The notes under the pieces are model-generated. The model saw only the letters and a program-made list of their open reading frames with translations. It was not told where the DNA came from and did no database searches. A stretch of 64,000 bases of DNA, from positions 2,042 through 66,041 of the forward strand of contig JAFLCQ010000003.1 in NCBI GenBank assembly GCA_017302815.1, read 5' to 3'. The translations under genes were made by a program, and so were the position numbers. The stretch is from Planctomycetota bacterium. Its GTDB lineage: Bacteria > Planctomycetota > UBA11346. Positions 24,828-34,135 of this stretch are shown in pieces; the stretch's first letter is position 1; the number at the start of each line of letters is the position of its first letter.

Positions 24828-25982
24828 TCACGTCCGCCGCGGTCGTGGCACCGGAGGTGGCAGCAACCGCACCTGCCAAGTGTGGCCGCCAGGTTGCTTA
24901 CGCAGGGGAATCCGCATGTGCAGCTTGATCCGCGACGACCTACCTTGGGCCTCAATGGCTAGGTCGTCGCGTTCAATCGCGTTGAGGATGCCCAGCACCA
25001 CATCCTCAGAGATCTCGTCACGATGCAGGACATGGCGTTGACGCCGGCGATCCGTTCCTGACCCGATCTTCCGGTTGATGAGGTCTACACCACGTCGCTT
25101 GTGCAGCAGGCGGCCAACGTCGCTGATGCCGAACGGCTTCCCTGCCAGATCCTCGCGGAGTATGATCTCCACGGCCGTTCGCAGATACCCCTGCATGCCA
25201 CCAAGGATCTCCGTTGCCCGTGCCGCACGCACACACGCCTGGAGGACAGGCACGATCGCCGTGCCCGTCACCAGGGGTTCATTGACCTGCGGTTCGGTCA
25301 GCAACTGATGGACCTTGGACTGGAGAAGTAGCCGCCGTTGCGGATCCCGACTGGCCTTGCGCCACCTAATCACGCCGTCCGCCAACTCATGCAGGAATGG
25401 CTGCCATACGGCCAAGTCCTCGGAAGCCGGTTGAACATCCCGTCGCCTATCCCTCGGCTTGGGTGTAGGTAGAGACGATCGCAGGACCTCGATCAGGCCA
25501 TGATCCGCAGGCCATATATTGAGGGCTCGCGCCAGGGCCTCGATCTGGTGCGGCTCGAACTGGTCCAGTAGGGCACCGCGACGATCACCGCAGAACCGCC
25601 ACCGCGCCACGCGCACGCCACGCGGTACGGGCAGTTGGCAGTCCGACTCGATCAACCGATCCAGCAGGGCACCCTCGAGTCGGTCCCACCAGGCGCCTGT
25701 GCACGCGGAAGCCGGAACCGACTTCCAATCGACGCCCGAGGACGCCGACAGCATGACGCTTTCCCAATACGCCTGGGGTGGGTCGATACCTTTCGCGATC
25801 CAGTCCGGGGACACCTGCAACACACCGGCAACGGTTGGTAGGCGAGCACTTGGAATCCCACCGGCGTCCCAATCGTACAAGGTGTTCGTCGAGACGCCCA
25901 GTGCCTTCGCCAGGTCGGCACGCGACCACCCCAAGTGGGTAAGCATGACCCCAATGCGTTCCATGTCCCTGACGACTGGCAT
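24828..25982 (-). CDS. XRE-family HTH regulator with large uncharacterised C-terminal domain
   Basis: N-terminal MLTHLGWSRADLAKALGVSTNTLYDWDAGG matches the Cro/C1-type HTH. About 300 further aa have no recognised motif. Divergent from the polymerase gene. Confidence 0.65.
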   Translation of the reverse strand: MPVVRDMERIGVMLTHLGWSRADLAKALGVSTNTLYDWDAGGIPSARLPTVAGVLQVSPDWIAKGIDPPQAYWESVMLSASSGVDWKSVPASACTGAWWDRLEGALLDRLIESDCQLPVPRGVRVARWRFCGDRRGALLDQFEPHQIEALARALNIWPADHGLIEVLRSSLPTPKPRDRRRDVQPASEDLAVWQPFLHELADGVIRWRKASRDPQRRLLLQSKVHQLLTEPQVNEPLVTGTAIVPVLQACVRAARATEILGGMQGYLRTAVEIILREDLAGKPFGISDVGRLLHKRRGVDLINRKIGSGTDRRRQRHVLHRDEISEDVVLGILNAIERDDLAIEAQGRSSRIKLHMRIPLRKQPGGHTWQVRLLPPPVPRPRRT

Positions 25983-26084
25983 GGCATCAGGCTGTCGCGT
26001 GCTCTAGGGGGATCAACTCAGGACGAGGCCGTGTTCCGTAAGTCTTTTATAGACAAATATATAAAATCTTGATCGGCGTAAACA

Positions 26085-26146
26085 CCAACCCAGGAGCGGC
26101 ATCTTCTCGAACCTCAGGGCGGCGCATAAGCCAACCCAGGAGCGGC
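26085..26146. promoter_or_regulatory. Two identical 16-bp direct repeats in the divergent XRE/polymerase control region
   Basis: ccaacccaggagcggc occurs at 26085-26100 and 26131-26146, 46 bp start to start. An AT-rich stretch ttttatagacaaatatataaaatcttgat lies at about 26045-26073, and tgatcggcgt also occurs twice (26070, 26162). Confidence 0.5.
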
Positions 26147-26260
26147 GTGATCGCGACGGCCTGATCGGCGTCGCGGTGATCCAAGCAGAACGCGCAAGCG
26201 GCGACGACCGGGGTCCCTGGCGCCGACATCCGTCGGCGTCGCTACCCAACGGGTGTCGCC

Positions 26261-29200
26261 ATGTCCGTCCCCTCCTCCATCCTCCCCTTCATCTCCCGTC
26301 CCGACGGACGCTGGAAGGTCGGCAGCCTCGATGGCTGGGTCTACGATATCGAGGTCTTCCCCAACTTCTTCTGCGTGCAGTTCTTCGACGGCGTCGACTC
26401 GAAAACCTTCGATCACACGCAGTTCCCTGACCTGGTGCGGTTCGTAACCGACACGGCGAAGGTCCTCATCGGCTTCAACAACTCCAGCTACGATGACGTG
26501 GTCCTGCGCGCGATCTGCCAGAATCCGACGCGCATCACTACGAACGAGATCTACGAACTGAGTGGTCTCCTCATCGCCAAGCGCGAAACGCTCGCGGAGC
26601 CGCAGATCAAGGAGCGCAATCTCCTGATCTATGCCTACGGGCGCAACCCGTGGGCCTTCTCGGTCGACCTCCACCAGGTCACCAATCGCAAGGCTGGCCT
26701 CAAGGAATATGAATGCCGCATGGGCCTGCCGACGGTGGCCGAGAGTCCGGCCGCCTTCGACCAGCCGGTGACCGAAGTGCAGATTCCCGAAATCCTGCGC
26801 TACAATCTCGTCGACGTCAACGCCACCTCGTACCTGCTGGAAAAGAACACCGAACTGGTCGAACTCCGCCATACCCTCTCCGAGCAGTACGCGCTCGGTA
26901 CTCGGATCTACAGCATGGGCGATGCGAAAATCGCCGAGCACTTCGTGCTGACAGCGCTGGAGCGCAAGACGGGTACCGAACCCAGGACGCTGCGGAACCT
27001 GGCCCAGAACTCGCCGAACAATAGGGCCAAGCAGTTCCCGGTCGCTGGACTGCTGCCGTACTCGGTGAACTTCACGACGCCGGTGTTCCAGCAGCTGTTC
27101 GAGACCCTGAAGGCCGGTAGCATCCAGCGCCAGTCCAACGGGGCTCTCGAACTGGACACGGAGCTGCCGGGCAACCAGGCGGTGGTGAACGGACTCACCC
27201 TGAACTTCGGTCGTGGTGGTCTGCATTCTGACGATGAGCCGGGCGTCTTCACCAGCGATGACATGGCGGAAATCTGGGACGTTGATGTGACGAGCTACTA
27301 CCCCGGCATGATGATCGCCTACGGCATCCGGCCGCATCATGTGCTGCCGGCGTTCACGGACGAACTGCGCAAGCTGCGCGACCAGCGGGTCGCCGCCAAG
27401 AAGGCGGGGGACAAGATCACCTCCGAAGCGCTGAAGATCGTCATCAACTCGGTTTTCGGCAAGCTCGGCGATCTTTACAGCCCGCTGCGGGATGACTACG
27501 CCTGTATGCAGGTTACCATCGGCGGTCAGATCCTGCTCCTGCTGCTGATCGAGGCGGTGCAGGTCGCTGGAGCGACGGTGCTGTCAGCGAACACTGACGG
27601 CCTGCTGCTCCGGGTGCCGGTGGACAAGGCGGCGGCCATCTACGCAGCGCTGCGCTCCTGGGAGACCACGACCTCGCTCGCGCTGGAGGAGAAGGCGTAC
27701 AAGACCGTCGCTCGCCGCGACGTGAACAACTACATCGCCATTGCGTCCGAGCCCGACAAGAAGGGCAACCTCGACATCAAGTCGAAGGGCTGCTTCAACG
27801 CCGATGCGACCAAGCTCTCGGGTCGCATCGTCCCGCTCGCAGTTCAGGAGCATCTGCGCACCAGCCTGCCGATTGAGACGATCATCGCGAACCATGGGAA
27901 CGCGGCTGACTTCCTCTACTACCAGCGTTCCCAGAGCGACGGCCATTTCGAGCGGGCTGGACAGCAGCTGCCGCGCACCGTGCGTTGGTACGCCTCCGCG
28001 GACGAGGCGGCGCCGATCGAGCGGGTGAGCCCCACGGGTGCGCGCGCCACGATCCCCAACGCACACCGGACCGCAATCGCCATCGAACTGCCGTCGGGTT
28101 TCACGCGCGCCGATCTCCCCGGCCTGGACGTCCAGCATTATGTCACCCAGAGCCAGAAACTGCTCAACGGCGCACTCGCCGGACCGCTGGTCGAGCGGGG
28201 TACCACCCAGGCCAGGCGGCTCCAGGAAATGGGTCTCATTCTCCTGCCGCAGCGCGGGGGTATGAATCCGAAGGGCATCACGCTGGATGATCTGGACACG
28301 ATCCGGTCGCTCGCGAACCGGCGCTGCGAGACCTGGGGCATCATCACCGGCCCCAACACCCAGACGCTGGTGCTCGACCTCGATAAGATCGAGGTTCTCA
28401 ACCCCACGCTCATCGAGATCCTGTCCGCTCATCCGACGCTCACGACCTGGCATGGCGAGGGCAGCGCGGACGCGGTGCGTGCCGGTCGGAAGCGCGGCGC
28501 GGTATGCTTCCACTATGCCGGTCAGGACGCTCGGATCTATACCCGGCGGACCAAGCCCTGGCTCAACAAGCATGGCTTCGAGGTCGCCTTCGGCGCCAAG
28601 ATCCAGACCGTCATCGGCCAGCATCGCGACGTGGGCGACAACTACGTCCAGGACGGCGAGGTCGCCGATGCTCCCGAGGCGCTGATCGAGTTCATCGGGC
28701 TGCGCAGCGGCCTGCCCAAGAAGCGGCGGCAGGATGAGGCCCATACCGACGCAGGCGATCTCGATCGCCTGCGCCTGGCGGCCGATGCGGTCTTCGGCAA
28801 CGGATGGGCTCGGCCGTTCAACGCCCGTGACGGTCTGAGTGGCGTCGAGGGGACGGTGCCTGGGTACGAGCGGCGTTCAACGCTGCGGCTCTGGGTCAGC
28901 GCGGGGCGGGTCAGCGGCTTCACCTTCCACGCCAACTTCGATACGCGCAGCCGGGTGCAGATGATCCAGGAAGCATATGATCGGCTGCTGCCGCCTGGTG
29001 GAGGTCCTGGCGGTGGCGGCACCTCCACTGCCGGAGACGAACATCATGGTCCGGCCGCTGGCGACGATCCGGCCCATCTCGACGCTTCCGATGCGCCGGC
29101 GATGCCGAGCGAGGAGGATCGGCGCGAGGCCACGAACTGCGCCGACGCCTTCGGCCAGATCACCAGCGTGGGAGTGGTCATCGGCGCCACGGGAACGGGC

Positions 29201-31357
29201 AAGTCCTGGCAGGCCGTCACCCGCGCCATCGAACGGCACGAGCAGGACCTGTTCACCCTCCTGGTGGCGCCGGACAAGGAGGGCATCGAGCAGATGCGGA
29301 AATACCTCCTCAAACAGTGGATCGACGCCGGACGCGTACCGGCGGAACTGTGCATGGAGATCCTGGTCAGCGCGCGCCTGCCGTCCGACACTGAGGATGA
29401 TGGAAGCGATGCGACCGGAGCCTCGGGCGGTGAGATCAAGACGAGCACGCGGATCGTGATCACCCATCACCACTTCGCGTCGCGGAAGCCTCTGACCAGG
29501 TTCCTCTACTCTGCGCTGACCTGGGTGCGGGAGCACCTCGCCGAGGTCATCCTCGATGAGGCCGACCTCTATATCGAACGGCAGAACCATCATCTCCAAC
29601 TCGACAACCGCTACATGTTGATCGGCGGTGCCAAGGGTCAGTGGACGCGCGTCAATCACTGTCCCAGCGCCAAGGGCCAGTTCCGCTGCAAAACCTGCCA
29701 TTTGCGTTCCGGCGGTCGGGTCACGAACCTCGGAACCCACATGGCCTACCGCGCGGCTGCCACTATCGTACCCAGCCAGTTCTCACAGCCGCTGGACGAG
29801 GAGTTCACCATCACGTCAGAGAACCTGTCAATCGAGCAGACCATCAACCTGCCGACCCTCAACCTGCGCCTTTCAAGTCTGGCGCAGACGCCGAAATACC
29901 TCACCCAGCGTGACTTCAGCCAGCAGCGCAAGCCGCCCAAGCCTGGTGAGGAGCAGCCGACGCCGCAGCAGGAGATGCTTGGGTACCTCCGGGATCTGAT
30001 CGATTGCTCGTACCAGCCGACGCTGGCGGAGCCCAAGCTGGTCGATGCGGACATGCAGATTGTCGAGGCTGACCCGCACGTCACGGCCAGCGCCGACGCT
30101 GCTGATGCCGATGCCGCTGCGACGCCGGTCTTCGACAGCGCCCATTCGGCGTCCTACCATTTCCCGTGGTTCGTCTGCAATGCCCGCTTCCTGCTGCTCT
30201 ATGACCGCGCGGCCGTCTTCTTCCTGATGAGGCACGCGAGTCGGCTGATCCTGATGTCGGCGACGATCGACGAGCAGCACATGGCCTTCCTGCGCAGCTG
30301 CGCCAACGGCCGGTCGGTCACCGAAGTGCGGATCGCCACCACCACCTACCAGCCGCTTGACCAGGTCGTCCTCATCGGCCATCAGGGACGCATCGCCTGG
30401 ATGGACCCGCTGGGCGAACGGGCGGCCGCGGCCATCGGCTGCAACTACAGCGATGTCGGGGTGAGCAACCGCACGACGATCGAACGGCTCGGCAACGCGC
30501 TGGCCGCAGCCGGCAGGCCGCCGCTCATGTTCATGCCGACGAAGGAGGATGCCCTAGCGGTGTTCGCGCGGATGAAGGAGAAGGGTTGGACCTTCTACAT
30601 CGAGGGTGAGTACCGCATGCATATCGGACAGGCAGTGGCTGAGTCCCAGACCACCGACGGTTCCCTGGGCCTGCTCAGCTACAGCCGGAGCGCCCTGGGA
30701 ACGGGCATGAACCTGCCGCAGTACATGGTCGCCGTGGTCGACGGCACCGTCCGGCGCCCCCATTATGTGTTCAACCCGGCCCTGAAGACCGAGGATGCCT
30801 ACCTCGAAGCCCAGGAGATGGATCGGGTGCACATCATGGTCCAGAATGTCGGGCGGATTCTGCGGGGGACCGGGGTGAAGTTCGTATTCGTGGTCGGGAT
30901 CTCCCCGGGACAGCTGGCGAAGCTGGCCAAGGAGGTCGAACGCCTGGCGCAGGCGCCAACCGCATCGTGGTTCACGCCTGATGATACGGTCACCGCCATG
31001 GCGACGCTGGTGGCCAGCGTGAAGGCCGGTCAGCTCGTGGTCCCGGACGTACCGAAGCCGGAACCCAAGACCCGTAACCGGCAGAGCAGGAAGCAGCGGG
31101 CGGCGGCGGACGCAACGTCAGATCCGGTTGAGCGCCTACAGGCGGCGATAGCCAAGGTCCAGGAGCGAGCCAAGGACGGTGCAACGTGGCGTGGGGCCGC
31201 TAGGGCCGCGAATGTCGCACGCTTGCCCAAGGCGGAACAGGATCAGGTCAGGGCCGCCTTCGAGGCTGCAATCACTACTGGCGGAGTTACGAACACCGAA
31301 GGACCGCAGGCCGCTGAGGACGACGTTCGGGACGATGCCGACTCCGTGTGGACCTGA
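26261..31357 (+). CDS. Giant replication protein: family-B DNA polymerase + AEP primase-polymerase + SF2 (DEAD/H-type) helicase fusion
   Basis: PolB 3'-5' exonuclease motifs are YDIEVF (ExoI), NSSYDD (ExoII) and YNLVD (ExoIII). Polymerase motifs are A DVDVTSYYPGMM, B KIVINSVFGKLG and C SANTDGLLL (aa about 1-640). The PrimPol-like part is WGIITGPNTQTLVLDLDK ... GAVCFHYAG (aa about 655-815). The helicase has Walker A GATGTGKS (975-982), ILDEADL (1097-1103), MSAT (1332-1335) and QNVGRILRG (motif VI), with an inserted CPSAKGQFRCKTCH zinc-ribbon-like element. Confidence 0.75.
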   Translation: MSVPSSILPFISRPDGRWKVGSLDGWVYDIEVFPNFFCVQFFDGVDSKTFDHTQFPDLVRFVTDTAKVLIGFNNSSYDDVVLRAICQNPTRITTNEIYELSGLLIAKRETLAEPQIKERNLLIYAYGRNPWAFSVDLHQVTNRKAGLKEYECRMGLPTVAESPAAFDQPVTEVQIPEILRYNLVDVNATSYLLEKNTELVELRHTLSEQYALGTRIYSMGDAKIAEHFVLTALERKTGTEPRTLRNLAQNSPNNRAKQFPVAGLLPYSVNFTTPVFQQLFETLKAGSIQRQSNGALELDTELPGNQAVVNGLTLNFGRGGLHSDDEPGVFTSDDMAEIWDVDVTSYYPGMMIAYGIRPHHVLPAFTDELRKLRDQRVAAKKAGDKITSEALKIVINSVFGKLGDLYSPLRDDYACMQVTIGGQILLLLLIEAVQVAGATVLSANTDGLLLRVPVDKAAAIYAALRSWETTTSLALEEKAYKTVARRDVNNYIAIASEPDKKGNLDIKSKGCFNADATKLSGRIVPLAVQEHLRTSLPIETIIANHGNAADFLYYQRSQSDGHFERAGQQLPRTVRWYASADEAAPIERVSPTGARATIPNAHRTAIAIELPSGFTRADLPGLDVQHYVTQSQKLLNGALAGPLVERGTTQARRLQEMGLILLPQRGGMNPKGITLDDLDTIRSLANRRCETWGIITGPNTQTLVLDLDKIEVLNPTLIEILSAHPTLTTWHGEGSADAVRAGRKRGAVCFHYAGQDARIYTRRTKPWLNKHGFEVAFGAKIQTVIGQHRDVGDNYVQDGEVADAPEALIEFIGLRSGLPKKRRQDEAHTDAGDLDRLRLAADAVFGNGWARPFNARDGLSGVEGTVPGYERRSTLRLWVSAGRVSGFTFHANFDTRSRVQMIQEAYDRLLPPGGGPGGGGTSTAGDEHHGPAAGDDPAHLDASDAPAMPSEEDRREATNCADAFGQITSVGVVIGATGTGKSWQAVTRAIERHEQDLFTLLVAPDKEGIEQMRKYLLKQWIDAGRVPAELCMEILVSARLPSDTEDDGSDATGASGGEIKTSTRIVITHHHFASRKPLTRFLYSALTWVREHLAEVILDEADLYIERQNHHLQLDNRYMLIGGAKGQWTRVNHCPSAKGQFRCKTCHLRSGGRVTNLGTHMAYRAAATIVPSQFSQPLDEEFTITSENLSIEQTINLPTLNLRLSSLAQTPKYLTQRDFSQQRKPPKPGEEQPTPQQEMLGYLRDLIDCSYQPTLAEPKLVDADMQIVEADPHVTASADAADADAAATPVFDSAHSASYHFPWFVCNARFLLLYDRAAVFFLMRHASRLILMSATIDEQHMAFLRSCANGRSVTEVRIATTTYQPLDQVVLIGHQGRIAWMDPLGERAAAAIGCNYSDVGVSNRTTIERLGNALAAAGRPPLMFMPTKEDALAVFARMKEKGWTFYIEGEYRMHIGQAVAESQTTDGSLGLLSYSRSALGTGMNLPQYMVAVVDGTVRRPHYVFNPALKTEDAYLEAQEMDRVHIMVQNVGRILRGTGVKFVFVVGISPGQLAKLAKEVERLAQAPTASWFTPDDTVTAMATLVASVKAGQLVVPDVPKPEPKTRNRQSRKQRAAADATSDPVERLQAAIAKVQERAKDGATWRGAARAANVARLPKAEQDQVRAAFEAAITTGGVTNTEGPQAAEDDVRDDADSVWT

Positions 31358-31381
31358 AAAGATCCTGGGATTATCGGTACT

Positions 31382-31434
31382 TGTCATCAAAAGTGGCTAC
31401 GTCCTATATATAGACGTAGCCACTTTTGATGACA
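31382..31434. repeat. Near-perfect 53-bp palindrome (22-bp arms) directly after the polymerase gene
   Basis: tgtcatcaaaagtggctacgtc (31382-31403) and gacgtagccacttttgatgaca (31413-31434) flank ctatatata. The arm core caaaagtggct recurs at 31449-31459. Confidence 0.9.
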
Positions 31435-32311
31435 GTAACCGAATAATACAAAAGTGGCTGTACTTGCCTGCTTGTCTATTTCAGAGGTTGTTTTCAAGCG
31501 AATCATGTCGATGCGACAATCGTCCATAGTATAAAACCACCATCGTTTTTGTAATCATGCATAGACCTTAGGCCGCATGCAATCGAGCAGCGTGAAGTTG
31601 AATGCGCAAATAGTCGTTCGAACCACAGTTCGACATGAAGCGTCGCGAACGGCGAACGTCCAAAAGATCAATACACACCAGCGTCATGCAGCGTGTTACG
31701 GTTCGACTCCATGTGCTGATTAGTTCGTTGGTATCAGCTAAATCGCCGAGTCGCTGGCATCAAGTAAATCCATTCAATGCGAGACCGTTCATTGGGTAAA
31801 TCGACCAAATAATATGCGATAAGAATCATAGTGGCCACATAGCCACAACTATGTCGCAGCCATCGGCGATTCATCCCGCCGTTGGCGGGATCGTCGTAGC
31901 TCGGCTCCACCACATCCTTGGAGAACTAACTATGTCCCATCTCTTCGCGTTTTCGCACCCGCGTGAACACCAGTTAAGCGGCCTTGACCTGTCTCCGTCA
32001 GAGTCGTCAGGGGCCATCGAGGCCTCCTTCTGGGAACGCCGCCGCCACCGCCTGCCCCAGGACTGGCCATCGGTAGTCTCCCGCTTTCTCGATCGGCCGT
32101 CCTCGCCCCAGCACACCCCTCGTCCATCGCCATCTGCTAGTCGGCCAGCGCCGCGTGGTCCGAGCGCCGCCAGCGCGGGCTGAAATCCGGTCACATGCGT
32201 ACCGCAAAATATCGTCGTTTGCGGACATCCCAGTTGGCCGCTGCCAACTCAGATGGCAGCAGCCATCATCTGGCACAACCGCATACCGATCCGCATATTG
32301 GTCAGGTAACC

Positions 32312-32602
32312 ATGCCAGGTCCCAAGAAGCGAGACGAACCGCCGCGCCGCACGCTGACCGTGCGGCTGCCTGTCCCCGTGATTGAGCGTCTTCGCAAGGT
32401 CGCTCGGGACGCTGCCGGCATGCCGGTATTCGCCAGCATGGCTGGCATCGTCGAGGCTGGCGTTACCTCGGAATGCGACCGGATCGAGAAGGTTCTGCGA
32501 GCCGCGTATTCCGGCGGAACAGAGCCGCCAGCCACTCGGAGAACGCTCGCAGGCAGCCGACGCCTCGGCCCCATCAACAACCGCTGTGTCGATATTCCCT
32601 AA
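32312..32602 (+). CDS. Small possible ribbon-helix-helix DNA-binding protein
   Basis: From ATG 32312: MPGPKKRDEPPRRTLTVRLPVPVIERLRKVARD, a beta-strand-then-helix pattern like CopG/Arc. The track ORF starts at 32195. Confidence 0.4.
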   Translation: MPGPKKRDEPPRRTLTVRLPVPVIERLRKVARDAAGMPVFASMAGIVEAGVTSECDRIEKVLRAAYSGGTEPPATRRTLAGSRRLGPINNRCVDIP

Positions 32603-32653
32603 CGTCGGCCTATCCCTCCATCCTATCTTCCACCTCCACCACCGGAGTTCCTT

Positions 32654-33943
32654 ATGCTGAAATCTCACATATTCACGCGCCTCGGGTCGCTTGCTGCGAT
32701 CCTCGTCCTGGCCGCTGGCATCAACGCCGCCGATGCCCCAGCAGGGGCCAGCGACGCCACGACCCTGAGCGCGGCTGACATGGCGCTCATCGACAAGAAT
32801 ATGAACGCCGAAGACAAGGCAGCCTTCAAGAAGGCCATGCTTCAGTACTATCAGGGTCTCAACGGTAAAGCTCCGGATCAAATGCAGGGTTTGCAGGTCG
32901 CATACAAGGCGGCGAAACAGAGTCAGGAGGCACGTGGTGTCGGAAAGGCACCCAAGGAGTTGCAGATCGGCCAAATCCGCACGGTAGTCTCCTGTGGTGC
33001 GAGCTCCGACCAACTCAGCAAACCCCAGGTCCCCAAGTACCTGGCCGTGAGCCCTTCCAATGCGCTGCACTGGATTGTTGGACGACAGGTTGTCCGACTA
33101 AATGCTGATGGCTCACAGACCGTAGTTGCTGGCATTTCTGAAGACGGGCCAGTCGGGGATGGTGGCCCCGCCGTCAATGCTCGACTGACCATGCCATCCG
33201 CCATCGCATTTGCCCCGAATGGCGATCTCTACATCGCTGACCAAGGCGCTCATTGCATTCGTAAAGTGCAGGCCTCGGACGGGGTCATCAGCACATGCGC
33301 CGGTGATGGAACCATTGGCGGCGCCGGAAATCATCCGGATGACGGTGGTCCGGCCATCAAAGCAAAGCTGGGAGGACCTTCGGACCTCCGCGTCGACACC
33401 AAAGGAAATATCTACGTTCTGCACCAGTCTTTGATTCGCAAGATCGACGCTGCAACTGGGAACATCAGCACGGTGATGGAAGGCGCATCCAGCAAGTTCG
33501 CTCTTGATGTAAAAGCTGACATCCTGTCGCCCGGAAATCGCATCTCCCGCTACATCATAACTTCTCAGAAAGATGAGACCATTGCCGGTGCTCGCGTCGA
33601 TGGATACGGCGGCGATGGGAAAGCCGGAGACCAAGTCAGATTCAAGGAAAGCGACAGTGTCGTCGTCGACGCGAATGGTGACATCTACGTTGCCGATACG
33701 GGCAATAACCGTATTCGGAAGATCTCAGGCACAGACGGCATAGTTTCCACTGTTGTTGGCTCAACGACGCCGGTCGGCAATGAGGCCGTTGGAGGGAAAC
33801 CTCCCAAGGGTTACAGCGGAGATGGCGGACCAGCGAACAGCGCATTGCTGGATTCGCCAGAATCTGTCGCCCTCGACGGAATCGGAAATCTGTATTTCAT
33901 CGATCGAGGGAACAAGGTCATTCGCATGGTGAAGTTGCACTAA
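32654..33943 (+). CDS. Secreted NHL-repeat beta-propeller protein
   Basis: Signal peptide MLKSHIFTRLGSLAAILVLAAGINAADA. Repeated units PSAIAFAPNGDLYIADQGAHCIRKV, GNIYVLHQSLIRKID, DANGDIYVADTGNNRIRKI and GIGNLYFIDRGNKVIRMV. Lower GC than the flanks. Confidence 0.7.
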   Translation: MLKSHIFTRLGSLAAILVLAAGINAADAPAGASDATTLSAADMALIDKNMNAEDKAAFKKAMLQYYQGLNGKAPDQMQGLQVAYKAAKQSQEARGVGKAPKELQIGQIRTVVSCGASSDQLSKPQVPKYLAVSPSNALHWIVGRQVVRLNADGSQTVVAGISEDGPVGDGGPAVNARLTMPSAIAFAPNGDLYIADQGAHCIRKVQASDGVISTCAGDGTIGGAGNHPDDGGPAIKAKLGGPSDLRVDTKGNIYVLHQSLIRKIDAATGNISTVMEGASSKFALDVKADILSPGNRISRYIITSQKDETIAGARVDGYGGDGKAGDQVRFKESDSVVVDANGDIYVADTGNNRIRKISGTDGIVSTVVGSTTPVGNEAVGGKPPKGYSGDGGPANSALLDSPESVALDGIGNLYFIDRGNKVIRMVKLH

Positions 33944-34135
33944 CGAGTCAGACAATCGCAACGTCTGCACCACCCGACGATCATGAGTTCTCGCCAATGA
34001 CGATGACTTGTCGCCGCAGCGTGTAGACGACCCCATCATAGACGTCTGGGCGGCGGCTTGTCGCCTCCGTCATCAACACCCCTGACCCCTGCTGGCAGCA
34101 GCCACGCAGGGGTCTTCGTTTTCGGAGATCATATC

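Noticed and set aside
26114-27340. 408-aa minus-strand ORF overlapping the 5' part of the polymerase gene
   Set aside because: It is antisense to a frame carrying clear PolB exonuclease motifs. Its own translation is repetitive, Arg/Asp/Val/Gly-rich and without motifs.
31700-31710. tRNA T-loop-like string ggttcgactcc in the AT-rich non-coding region
   Set aside because: The flanking bases do not form a proper T stem (one mismatch in 5 bp), and no acceptor, D or anticodon arms can be drawn. It is probably fortuitous, or at most a decayed att remnant.
31851-32183. 110-aa ORF (or 83 aa from the RBS-preceded ATG at 31932) in the AT-rich region
   Set aside because: The C-terminal half is Ser/Pro/Arg low-complexity, and no motif was recognised. 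It is kept as a possibility in the cargo-module finding but was not called as a feature.
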